Below, one piece after another: positions 17,712-26,466 of a stretch of DNA of 64,000 bases (position 1 is its first letter; each line of letters opens with the position of its first letter). Below the pieces are notes generated by a model. The model was not told where the DNA came from. It saw only the letters and a list, made by a program, of their open reading frames with translations, and did not search any database. The DNA lies in assembly GCA_947448135.1 (NCBI GenBank), contig CANFLZ010000002.1, positions 22,410 to 86,409 of the forward strand, written 5' to 3'. The position numbers and the translations under genes are program-made. The stretch comes from Flavobacteriales bacterium. GTDB taxonomy: Bacteria; Bacteroidota; Bacteroidia; Flavobacteriales_D; Sanyastnellaceae.

Positions 17712-18743
17712 TTAATTTTTAGGGATTAATGTTGCCCCTTTTGTTCTAAAAACATCTCCTCGCCCCCCGTTATTTCCATTTTCTGATGGAACCAATAGTA
17801 TAATTATCATGATACCAAAATCCAACAAAACACAACCCATCAAGACGACAAATTGATACATCCCAAAATGAGAAATAGCATGATTAAAGGCAAATCCAAT
17901 TTTTCCTACCTCTTGTGTATTGGAATGCGCCATATCAAATTTAAATTTCTCTTCTCCTAAAATCGCATGCGCACGATTACCCAATTTATTGTATTCAGAA
18001 ATCGCTTTATCTATTTGCCCTTGCGCCATTTCATCTATTTCCTGGTGAGATTTTAACAGTAAATTCTGAATGTCTTTATTCCACTTTAATGTCGCATTAT
18101 TGATGTCAGACATCAAGTTTTTCTCCTCCGGAGTTAAATTGTAGACCATCTGAACGATTTGCTCTTCCATTCTATCCGCTAAATCAGCATAACCCGAAGG
18201 TGTTTCATCAATAGGTGTTAGAGGAGTTATTTTTTTTCCTATTAACTTCTCAATTCTACCTATTATTTGTTTGGCCTCAGGACCGATACCTCTGTTCCTA
18301 GGATCCATTATTTGAATCTTGAGAAGGTTTAACTCACTTCTAATAGCTTGCCTTGTTTGTGCATCAGCAACCGAATAATTCAATTTAGATTCAACGTTGG
18401 TTTCTAAATCACTGAATTTATCATTCAACTCTCTCAATTCTGTTGTGAAAATATCAGTCCTCATAAATCGAGTGTATAACGCATTAAAGTTGGCGATGAA
18501 ACAAAAGGATGCTATGAAAAAATAAATTAATACCAAACCGCGAGTTTCCAATCCCGACATTTTTGATTTTCGCAATTGCCATAACAGAAATAATAACAAT
18601 AAGGACAGTACTAAAGAGATTACAAAAGAACTGGTTCCAAATATTTGTTGCAATCCCAACCAAGTCTGGTAGAAACTAACACTTATTAGCATTAACGTTA
18701 GCACAGCCAAAAACAAATCTGTTGGGGTAATTTTATTTTTCAT
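17712..18743 (-). CDS. polytopic membrane protein with long helical soluble domain, family unknown (possibly DUF4407-like)
   Basis: 343 aa. There are three N-terminal TM helices (LFLAVLTLMLISVSF, FVISLVLSLLLLFLLW, LVLIYFFIASFCFIANF). A ~200-aa helical region follows, then one C-terminal TM helix (FVVLMGCVLLDFGIMIIILLV). It is the first gene of the cassette. Confidence 0.7.
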   Translation of the reverse strand: MKNKITPTDLFLAVLTLMLISVSFYQTWLGLQQIFGTSSFVISLVLSLLLLFLLWQLRKSKMSGLETRGLVLIYFFIASFCFIANFNALYTRFMRTDIFTTELRELNDKFSDLETNVESKLNYSVADAQTRQAIRSELNLLKIQIMDPRNRGIGPEAKQIIGRIEKLIGKKITPLTPIDETPSGYADLADRMEEQIVQMVYNLTPEEKNLMSDINNATLKWNKDIQNLLLKSHQEIDEMAQGQIDKAISEYNKLGNRAHAILGEEKFKFDMAHSNTQEVGKIGFAFNHAISHFGMYQFVVLMGCVLLDFGIMIIILLVPSENGNNGGRGDVFRTKGATLIPKN

Positions 18744-19032
18744 TTCTTTTTCTATTTAAATCTATTTCACAGTATTCATTAAACTTTCAGTCATAAATCG
18801 GTAAGAGATTGATAGGTGCTAATTCATATAAGTCCTATTTCAACCATGACAATTTTCTCTTCTGAAGCCCAATCTAAACTGAGATTCAAAAAACAAAAGT
18901 CTATTTCAAATCCCACAATTCAAACCGCCATTAGTTTTTTAATACAACCTGTAGATGTTACTTTTATTATAATTGAATTGCTTAATAGGATTGAAATAAT
19001 AACATTCTTATTTACTATAAAAAAGACTATTG

Positions 19033-19046
19033 GGAACTTAAGTTCC
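19033..19046. promoter_or_regulatory. perfect 14-bp palindrome GGAACTTAAGTTCC, candidate XRE operator (or small hairpin)
   Basis: Read directly from the sequence. The palindrome ends 59 nt upstream of the XRE ATG (19106). It is followed by GTTTTTATT, and an A-run lies a few bases upstream. Confidence 0.4.
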
Positions 19047-19105
19047 GTTTTTATTGTCTCTCACACTGCATTTCATTATCTTCGGGCAAGAAAATTTCCA
19101 AGATT

Positions 19106-19465
19106 ATGCTTACTGAAAAAGTCGGAGAGTCTCTTAAGAATTACAGAGAACTGAAAAAAATTACCAGAGAAGATATGGCCGATCGCCTGGGTATGACTGT
19201 CAGTGGTTATGGCAAAATAGAAAGAGGAGAAACGGATGTGCCGCTTACACGATTGGAACAAATCTCAAAAGTCCTAGGAGTTTCAGTGTCTCAGATTCTA
19301 CAGTTTGATGCGCAACAAATCTTCAATATCTCCAATAACAATCTTGTTCAAGGGCCAGGAAACAAAGCCGATGAAATCCATTATCATCCCGATACTTACA
19401 AAGACAAGTATATTCAAGTGCTCGAAAGAGAAAACGAACGTCTCCGAAAATTATTAGGAGAATAA
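19106..19465 (+). CDS. XRE-family (Cro/C1-type HTH) transcriptional regulator
   Basis: 119 aa with the HTH ITREDMADRLGMTVSGYGKIERGETDVPLTRLEQISKVLGVSVSQIL. A short C-terminal heptad helix (YIQVLERENERLRKLL) follows. Confidence 0.85.
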   Translation: MLTEKVGESLKNYRELKKITREDMADRLGMTVSGYGKIERGETDVPLTRLEQISKVLGVSVSQILQFDAQQIFNISNNNLVQGPGNKADEIHYHPDTYKDKYIQVLERENERLRKLLGE

Positions 19466-19497
19466 AAAAAACCCCCGCAAGTTGCGAGGGTTTTTTT
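19465..19497. terminator. bidirectional intrinsic terminator
   Basis: The sequence aaaaaaaaCCCCCGCaagttGCGaGGGttttttt has a GC-rich stem with one bulge, flanked by an A-run and a T-run. It lies between the convergent XRE gene and the M14 peptidase gene. Confidence 0.6.
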
Positions 19498-19514
19498 GAT
19501 ATTTCAAAGTTCTA

Positions 19515-22500
19515 TTACTTCTCAACGACAAATTGCTTGACAGTTATCTCCGATCCCATCACAACCCAAGTGTAAATGCCCTTCTCCAAATGGGCCACAT
19601 TCATTTGCAAATTCGCCGAAGAATGATGCCCTTGCTGGATACATTGTCCCAAAGCATTGTACAGGCTCCAATCAAATCCTTCTACTTGTGTTGTCACCAC
19701 TTGCATCTCATCTCGAACCGGATTGGGATACAATTGAACTTGTACCATTTGATTCTCCTCGACGCCTGTGATGGTGTAGGTTACTGTATTGGACATCGCA
19801 CTCACGCAACTTCCATTGCTGACCACCACTGAATAATCGCCATTGGCTGCTGCCAAATAAGTGGGTGATGTTGCTCCAACGATTATACTGCCGTTCATAT
19901 ACCATTGAATGCCTGTTGTGCTATTCACGCTCAACAAATTTCCACTCATGGTTACTACTGGTGTTGCTGGGGTAGGTGTTACGACTACATTGAAAGTGTT
20001 CGTAGCAGATGTTACGCCTGAACAATTGGTGGCGTCTGTGATGCTGCAAACCACTACTCCGTCTGTTGGTGCTGCAATGGTCAATGTGTTCGAAGTTTCT
20101 GCAACTGCCATTCCATTGACTGTCCAAGTGTAAACCGGTGAAGACGTATTGGCTGTGGTGGCTGTGAATGTCGTGGGTTCTCCTGAACAGATGACTGAAC
20201 TGGGGTTGGTGACCGTTACGGATGGTGCCTGATTATTGCCTACCGTGATGATCACTGGAACACGCGCACTGCTGCATGTCTGACTGATATTCCATTGATA
20301 GAAATAATAGTAATAATTGCTGTTGGCTGCACTGTTACCAATGATACTGACAACGCCGTCCAAAGTATACGGATAAACTGCGGCTGCATTATTTCTCCAC
20401 AAGTTATTGCCTCCTGATGTTCCCAATTGATAGGATCCTGGCGCAATGGTGAATCCCAAATTAACCGTGCTAACTCCCTGCGGAATGTTGACTGTAACAC
20501 TTTGCAATACATTGCCTGCGTTGTCTCTTAAATCAATCGTACGGTTGCCGGATGTGTTGGCGTTCACTTGAACAGAAACCAAAGTGAAAGATGATAAGGC
20601 ATCAAATGTCAAATAGTGATAAGTGCCGGCTGTGTAATAACCGCCATTGGCTTGCAAGTTGGTTGATCCCACTGTCGCACTTCCCAAATCCACTTGGTTC
20701 TCTACATAATAAGTGGTACTGGCGTTCAAGACAGGAGTAGTAAAGTTGCTTCCTGTAGCGACCACGTTGCCTCCCACCGCTGCGTCATACCAAGCAATGC
20801 TTCCAGAACCATTGGCAGACAAATCGAATGATTGTGGTGCACAAACACTAAAGTTGTCTTGTGCAACAACGGGTAATTCCATCACACTGACATTGATATA
20901 TCCAGTCTTGATCTCATCGTCAGCGCCAGCGCAATTGTCCACGGACAAAGTAACCGTATAAGTTCCAGATTGTGCGTAGGAGTGAACTGGATTCTGTTCC
21001 GTTGATGTTTGACCATCGCCAAAATTCCAATTCCAAGATGTTGCACTTCCTGTCAAGTCAGTAAAGGAAACAACTCCTCCGCAACCAGAAGTGTGATCAG
21101 CAATAAAGTTAGAAACTGGCGCCAATGGCTGCAAGGTGACATTTTGCTCAATGCCTGTTCCTGCAGTCACAACGATGTTATTGATGGTAACGCTTTGATA
21201 ACCTGGAGCGGAATACGTAACACTGTATGTTCCCGGATAAATCGGACGATAATAATTTCCGATGGGTAACGATGAATACACATGTGAACTATCTGCATCA
21301 TGTCCATTGACAAATACTTTTGCTTTTACAGCTTGACCCGTACACGCATCGGTAATCAATCCATGAAAACCATTAAAGGTTTCTTCCATAAAATACATCA
21401 AGGAATTGCGGTTGTAATTCCAGTGATTTTCAAACTCAGAAGCTGGAATCAATTTCGTCATGGACAATTCAACCGTGATTTCGCGGCAATGTTGGTAAGC
21501 GTTCATGTAATCTTGACGACCGCCATTCACCTCATACCAAGCAAATCCATTGGTAACACCTGGACCATCAAATCCAGGATCATTTTGAATAAAATAATTG
21601 GTTGAGTTCGACTGAACGGTGTCTGCATAATTGAAGCCTACAGATTGGAACCAGTTCAAGTCAGGATGCGCATTTACCTTGGTGTCCCAAGGGTAGTTGT
21701 ACACTTCTGCTCCGCCATGAAAATTGGCAGCCATAACAAAGTCCATTGAATCCGCAAACGCCATGAACGCCATGGTTTCTGGCTGATAGGTATTTCCATC
21801 CGGATGAGGACCATCTTGAGGGTCCCAATAGTTTCTATTCAAATCGATATTATTGGAATTATAACGAATGGCTCCGTTGACATTGTTGTCACCGGCTGCA
21901 TACGTACCGTCTGGATTGGCCAGAGGATTGATCCAAATTTCCATGTTGTTGACCAAATTGGTAACACGTGGATTGGTTCCGTAATTGGACAACAAATAAT
22001 CGATGTACTTCAACATCACAATGTAACCTGCAGTTTCGTCACCGTGCATGGTTGAGGTATAGAAAAACTGAGGTTCGTACTCACGTACATTTAAATTGTC
22101 GGTAATCTTTAATGCCAACAAACTTCTTCCATCCACGGTCGTCCCGAAATGATGAAGAGAGCAAATCTCTGGATAATCGGTAGCAAACTGTTGCATGATG
22201 GCCACGTATTGTGAGTACGTGGGATAAGCCGTTAAACTCAAGGTTTTTTGACCTTGAACGAAGTCCTTCATCATTGGAACTTTGATCAAATCTCCTGGGG
22301 AAGTCAATATGGTGTAATGGCGGTATCCCAAATCCAAGAAGTTGATGAACTCCATTTTATTGGCATAGGCAGTTACTGTTAGACCATTGACACGGTCGAT
22401 AGAAATGGTGTTGGTTAAAACATGAATTTCATCGCGGCTTTGAATATTGAATTCAAAGTACAATTGACGACGATTTTCAAATACTTGGTCAGCAATCTGC

Positions 22501-22586
22501 TGTGCCTTTTGTGATTGAGCCGAAGCTGTTTGTGTCCCGAAAATCAAGGCACAAAACACAAGACCGAACAAAATAATTTTTCTCAT
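19515..22586 (-). CDS. M14 zinc carboxypeptidase with PKD/Ig-like repeats and T9SS type A C-terminal sorting domain
   Basis: I moved the start to ATG 22586 (MRKIILFGLVFCALIFG signal peptide). The M14 core has TSTMHGDETAGY (HxxE) and NRNY. A PKD domain (WNFGDGQTSTEQNPVHSYAQSGTYTVTLSV) and several Ig-like modules follow. The C-terminus has LYPNPVRDEMQV...ITVKQFVVEK. Confidence 0.85.
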   Translation of the reverse strand: MRKIILFGLVFCALIFGTQTASAQSQKAQQIADQVFENRRQLYFEFNIQSRDEIHVLTNTISIDRVNGLTVTAYANKMEFINFLDLGYRHYTILTSPGDLIKVPMMKDFVQGQKTLSLTAYPTYSQYVAIMQQFATDYPEICSLHHFGTTVDGRSLLALKITDNLNVREYEPQFFYTSTMHGDETAGYIVMLKYIDYLLSNYGTNPRVTNLVNNMEIWINPLANPDGTYAAGDNNVNGAIRYNSNNIDLNRNYWDPQDGPHPDGNTYQPETMAFMAFADSMDFVMAANFHGGAEVYNYPWDTKVNAHPDLNWFQSVGFNYADTVQSNSTNYFIQNDPGFDGPGVTNGFAWYEVNGGRQDYMNAYQHCREITVELSMTKLIPASEFENHWNYNRNSLMYFMEETFNGFHGLITDACTGQAVKAKVFVNGHDADSSHVYSSLPIGNYYRPIYPGTYSVTYSAPGYQSVTINNIVVTAGTGIEQNVTLQPLAPVSNFIADHTSGCGGVVSFTDLTGSATSWNWNFGDGQTSTEQNPVHSYAQSGTYTVTLSVDNCAGADDEIKTGYINVSVMELPVVAQDNFSVCAPQSFDLSANGSGSIAWYDAAVGGNVVATGSNFTTPVLNASTTYYVENQVDLGSATVGSTNLQANGGYYTAGTYHYLTFDALSSFTLVSVQVNANTSGNRTIDLRDNAGNVLQSVTVNIPQGVSTVNLGFTIAPGSYQLGTSGGNNLWRNNAAAVYPYTLDGVVSIIGNSAANSNYYYYFYQWNISQTCSSARVPVIITVGNNQAPSVTVTNPSSVICSGEPTTFTATTANTSSPVYTWTVNGMAVAETSNTLTIAAPTDGVVVCSITDATNCSGVTSATNTFNVVVTPTPATPVVTMSGNLLSVNSTTGIQWYMNGSIIVGATSPTYLAAANGDYSVVVSNGSCVSAMSNTVTYTITGVEENQMVQVQLYPNPVRDEMQVVTTQVEGFDWSLYNALGQCIQQGHHSSANLQMNVAHLEKGIYTWVVMGSEITVKQFVVEK

Positions 22587-22623
22587 GATTCCTAAATGTG
22601 GGTCTAAAATAATGGATAAAAGA

Positions 22624-22663
22624 AAAGGGAAATGCAAACAACAGAAGTTTAACATTTCCCTTT
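22624..22663 (-). terminator. candidate terminator hairpin downstream of pepP
   Basis: There is an 11-bp perfect inverted repeat, AAAGGGAAATG (22624-22634) and CATTTCCCTTT (22653-22663), with an 18-nt loop. On the minus strand it is followed by TCTTTTAT. The long loop and AT-rich stem make this a weak call. Confidence 0.35.
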
Positions 22664-22690
22664 CAATTCAGGAAGTCTATCGAGCGGATT

Positions 22691-23968
22691 TTATTTGCTC
22701 ATCATCAACTCAATTTCTTCTACAGTTGTCGGAAAATCGGCAAACATATCCAAGACATCGCCATCGGTAACCACTACGTTGTTTTCGATGCGAATGCCAA
22801 TGTTCTCTTCAGGGATATAAATACCGGGTTCAACCGTAAAGACATTTCCCGCCGCAATTGGAATATTCCAGTCTCCTACATCGTGCACATCCAATCCCAA
22901 GAAATGACTTGTACCATGCATGAAGTATTTTTTGTAAGCCAAAGGATTTTTTGCCTCTTCATTAGAGATCAATCCTAATCCGATCAATTCCTTCTGCATC
23001 ATATCACCCACTTGTGTGTGATAATCGGACATCATCACGCCGGGACGAAGCAACTTCTTGGCTCCTTCCATGACGCGCAATACTGCATTGTAAACGTCTC
23101 GCTGGCGAGGTGTAAATTTTCCGTTCACAGGAATACACCTTGTCATATCGGCATTGTAATTCCCATATTCCGCACCCACATCCATCAAAATCAAATCACC
23201 ATCTTGACAAGGCATGTCATTGGCAATGTAGTGCAATACACATGCATTGGCACCTGAAGCGACAATGGGTGTGTAGGCAAATCCGCGCGAACCATTGCGC
23301 AAAAACTCATGCGCAAATTCTGCCTGGATTTCATATTCCATCACACCGGGTTTGATCATCTTCATCACTCTTTCATAACCCTGACGGGTAATATTGATGG
23401 CTCTTTGCAATTGATCAATTTCATCTTGCGTTTTAATCGCACGCAAATGGTGCATGATTGGGGCAACGCGTGAAATGGTATGGTTGGGATAATCCTTGCG
23501 CAATTTTTCATTCCAACGCATCTCCCGTGTTTCAACTTCGATGGTAGCGCGGGTGTGAGCGTTATCATTCAAACACAATGTTGTGGCTTCATTCATCACC
23601 ACACGCATGATCGTTTCGAATTGACTTACCCATTGGATATTTTGAATACCAGTCTGCTCTTGTGCCTGCGATTTTGTCAATTTAGCACCTTCCCAAACAG
23701 CAATGTGCTCGTTGGTCTCTCTGACAAAAAGTATTTCACGAAAAGCTTTTTGTTGGGCAGAAGGAAAGACGACCAAAATTGATTCTTCTTGATCAACACC
23801 GGACAAGTAAAAAATATCAGAGGCTTGTTTGAACGGCAAAGTTCCATCAGCACTCGTGGGGTAAATGTCATTGCTAAAAAACACTGCAACTCCACCATTG
23901 GGTAGCTGTGCAGCCAATCTTTCTCTTGCTCCTTGGTAAAAAGAAGCGGGTAATTGTTGGTACTTCAT
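22691..23968 (-). CDS. pepP: Xaa-Pro aminopeptidase (M24B)
   Basis: 425 aa with metal-ligand motifs DVGAEYGNYNADMTR, HGTSHFLGLDVHD, EPGIY and IRIENNVV. Confidence 0.9.
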   Translation of the reverse strand: MKYQQLPASFYQGARERLAAQLPNGGVAVFFSNDIYPTSADGTLPFKQASDIFYLSGVDQEESILVVFPSAQQKAFREILFVRETNEHIAVWEGAKLTKSQAQEQTGIQNIQWVSQFETIMRVVMNEATTLCLNDNAHTRATIEVETREMRWNEKLRKDYPNHTISRVAPIMHHLRAIKTQDEIDQLQRAINITRQGYERVMKMIKPGVMEYEIQAEFAHEFLRNGSRGFAYTPIVASGANACVLHYIANDMPCQDGDLILMDVGAEYGNYNADMTRCIPVNGKFTPRQRDVYNAVLRVMEGAKKLLRPGVMMSDYHTQVGDMMQKELIGLGLISNEEAKNPLAYKKYFMHGTSHFLGLDVHDVGDWNIPIAAGNVFTVEPGIYIPEENIGIRIENNVVVTDGDVLDMFADFPTTVEEIELMMSK

Positions 23969-23984
23969 AATTCAAAATTAAGTA

Positions 23985-24590
23985 TCACCATCCCAATTCA
24001 CATTGACATGGATAAGAAAAATAAAATTTACATTTTGGCAAACCCTCCCTCAAAGCGCGCTGAACGGTTTCATTGATAGGATTGTTGAGGAGGTCGAGGT
24101 GTTTTAATTGATCAAGACGAAGAATCTCTCGGGAATAAATTCCAATTGGATTATCCCACAACGCCAGTATTTCTAAGTTTTGTAAATCGCCAATTCCATC
24201 TGGAACCGTGAACAAATCATTATATCCCAAATCCAATTTTTTCAGATTTTTCAATTTGAATAATGCGGGAGGTAAACTATCCACCAAATTGTACTGCATT
24301 GTCAAACGTTGCAATTCAGTACAACTGGTAATTTCACTTGGAATCGCTTTGATTTCATTTTTATTGAGAACCAATTCTTGCAAATGTGGGAGCAAAAAAA
24401 CTTCCTTGGGGATTTCCTTCAATTTCTTTTTGGAGAGATCCAGTCGGTACACTTGATTCTCGTGTCCGAGTGTAGCAGCAATGCTTCTGTAGATTTGACA
24501 AGTATCTAAATCTGCCTCAGCAAGACATTGTCCCTCCGCCCAGCGAAAGGCAATTAAGCAACAAAGGAGGAGAACCAGTTTTTTACCCAT
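23985..24590 (-). CDS. secreted leucine-rich repeat protein
   Basis: 201 aa with a signal peptide and about six LxxLxLxxN repeats (LQELVLNKNEIKAIP, LQRLTMQYNLVDSLP, LKKLDLGYNDLFTVP, LEILALWDNPI, LKHLDLLNNPI). Confidence 0.8.
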   Translation of the reverse strand: MGKKLVLLLCCLIAFRWAEGQCLAEADLDTCQIYRSIAATLGHENQVYRLDLSKKKLKEIPKEVFLLPHLQELVLNKNEIKAIPSEITSCTELQRLTMQYNLVDSLPPALFKLKNLKKLDLGYNDLFTVPDGIGDLQNLEILALWDNPIGIYSREILRLDQLKHLDLLNNPINETVQRALREGLPKCKFYFSYPCQCELGW

Positions 24591-25495
24591 TCGACATCTT
24601 CTTGAATCTTTTGAACCAAAGCATCGAGGCCATTGAACTTCAACTCCCCGCGCAAGTGTTCATGAATTTCTAAGGTAATGCTTTTTCCATAAAGGTCGCC
24701 ACTCCAATCTAAAATATATGCTTCCACTTGCAAAGTAGGAGCCGTGTTGACTGTAGGTCGATATCCAATGCTGAGCGCAACGGCGTGCAATTCTTCACCA
24801 TTTTTCCACGTTGCTGCATAAACACCTGGCGCTGGCAAAATTTTATCTTCGCCCGCCACAGCCAAATTGGCTGTAGGAAAACCCAATGTCCTTCCCAGTT
24901 GATGACCATGGATAACCTCACCCGAAATCTCAAATGGTCTCCCCAACATTTTGTTGGCCTCTGAGATGTTTCCCTCTCCAATTGCTGTTCTGATTTTTGT
25001 CGAGCTCACCGTTACTTCTCCCGTTTGAAAAGCTGGAATCTGCACCACTTCAAACCCGTGAATCTCCCCCAAATTGCGCATGAGTTGGATGTCACCGATT
25101 CTGTTTTTACCAAATCGATGATCGTATCCCATATAAACGCATGCCGCATGCAAACCTTCTACAATCACTTTGTTCACATATTCCTGCGCAGACCACTGAG
25201 ACATTTCCAAAGTAAAATTCAACAAGACAAAATGATCGATTCCCAGCGCAGTGAGACTGCCTATTTTTTCATCCATCGATTGAATTTGAGGAAGCGGTTC
25301 ACTCTCAGGAAACAACACTTTTTTAGGATGGGGATGAAAAGACAAAACAACAGTTTGCGCATTCAATTGCTTGGCGCCTTCAACCATGTTTTTCAACATA
25401 GAGGCATGACCCAGATGAACGCCATCAAAGGTTCCCACCGTGACAAAAGTCTGGATGTGGGGAGGCAATGTTTGCAATGTGTAATGTATGCGCAT
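24554..25495 (-). CDS. ribF: bifunctional riboflavin kinase / FMN adenylyltransferase
   Basis: I moved the start to ATG 25495, giving 313 aa. It has VTVGTFDGVHLGH and a riboflavin-kinase half containing GFPTANL. Confidence 0.9.
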   Translation of the reverse strand: MRIHYTLQTLPPHIQTFVTVGTFDGVHLGHASMLKNMVEGAKQLNAQTVVLSFHPHPKKVLFPESEPLPQIQSMDEKIGSLTALGIDHFVLLNFTLEMSQWSAQEYVNKVIVEGLHAACVYMGYDHRFGKNRIGDIQLMRNLGEIHGFEVVQIPAFQTGEVTVSSTKIRTAIGEGNISEANKMLGRPFEISGEVIHGHQLGRTLGFPTANLAVAGEDKILPAPGVYAATWKNGEELHAVALSIGYRPTVNTAPTLQVEAYILDWSGDLYGKSITLEIHEHLRGELKFNGLDALVQKIQEDVEWVKNWFSSFVA

Positions 25496-25593
25496 GAGCA
25501 AATTAATCGCTGCGAATTTACGCACAAAGCCATGACGCATTAATGGCCAAATCCGAGACAGATGAAGAAGTTTTTTGTTATCTTGCTCCTCCA

Positions 25594-26466
25594 ATGGAAA
25601 TCAAGAAAATTTTGGTCACGGGCTATTCGGGACAATTGGGCTATTTTTTGGTTCAATCGCTCTCCGACTTGTTTCCTTCCGTGCCCATTTTTCATCCTTC
25701 ACGATCGGAATTGGATTGGTCTTCGGAAACTTCAGTTCGAGATTATTTCAAGCTACATTCATTTGACCTAATTCTTCACGCTGCGGCCTACACACAAGTA
25801 GAGTTGGCCGAAGAGCAAACGGATTTGGCGTTTGACATCAACGCAAACAGTTTGGTGTGGTTGGCCGAATCGATTGATGTATCCAAAACTTGGCTCTGGT
25901 ATTTCAGTACCGATTATGTATTTGATGGGACAAAAAGAACTCCCTACAACGAGAACGATCCCGTACATCCAATCAACGCTTATGGCAAATCTAAAAATGC
26001 AGGAGAAGAATTCGTAAAAACGCACTTTCTTCATTTTACCATTTTGAGAATTTCTTGGTTGTATTCCCCCCGAGGAAAGAACTTTTTCAAAACCATGATT
26101 GAATTGGCGCAAACCCGAGACGCGCTCAATATCGTGGATGATCAAATTGGCAGTCCCACCAACGCCGCTTGCTTGGCCGCCGACATCGTCGCCAGTTTGC
26201 ATCAACATAATAACTTACAAGGCACATTCCATTATAGCCCACAAGGAGAGACCACATGGTTTGGATTTGCCCAAAAAATATTTGAACTGACACAACATAA
26301 GATTACCATCCATGCAGTGAAAAGCACAGATTTTCCTCAAAAAGCCAATCGTCCATCCTATTCCAAACTGGATTCCAGTTTGTGGATTGAAAAAACGGGC
26401 ATTGAGCCTGAATCTTGGGAAAATCAACTTCAGACCTGTTTTGAAAATTGGCATCAATTACAATGA
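25594..26466 (+). CDS. rfbD: dTDP-4-dehydrorhamnose reductase
   Basis: I moved the start to ATG 25594, giving 290 aa. It has the Rossmann motif ILVTGYSGQLG and the YGKSK catalytic motif. The stop overlaps the next gene's start as ATGA. Confidence 0.85.
   Translation: MEIKKILVTGYSGQLGYFLVQSLSDLFPSVPIFHPSRSELDWSSETSVRDYFKLHSFDLILHAAAYTQVELAEEQTDLAFDINANSLVWLAESIDVSKTWLWYFSTDYVFDGTKRTPYNENDPVHPINAYGKSKNAGEEFVKTHFLHFTILRISWLYSPRGKNFFKTMIELAQTRDALNIVDDQIGSPTNAACLAADIVASLHQHNNLQGTFHYSPQGETTWFGFAQKIFELTQHKITIHAVKSTDFPQKANRPSYSKLDSSLWIEKTGIEPESWENQLQTCFENWHQLQ

Noticed and set aside
18816-19154. A 112-aa plus-strand ORF inside the cassette/XRE spacer.
   Set aside because: It has a non-ATG start and an I/F/L/S/T-rich composition typical of random frames in AT-rich DNA. 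It overlaps the well-supported XRE start in another frame, and no motif is recognisable.
13686-19514. I looked for an integrase, transposase, tRNA attachment site or flanking direct repeats that would mark the AT-rich island as a mobile element.
   Set aside because: None was found. The two flanking hairpins are similar only in the way terminators generally are, so I do not call a mobile element.
22587-22655. An N-terminal extension of the M14 peptidase ORF (MLNFCCLHFPFLL...).
   Set aside because: The downstream ATG at 22586 gives a textbook signal peptide. The extension also overlaps the inverted repeat at 22624..22663, which looks like the pepP terminator.
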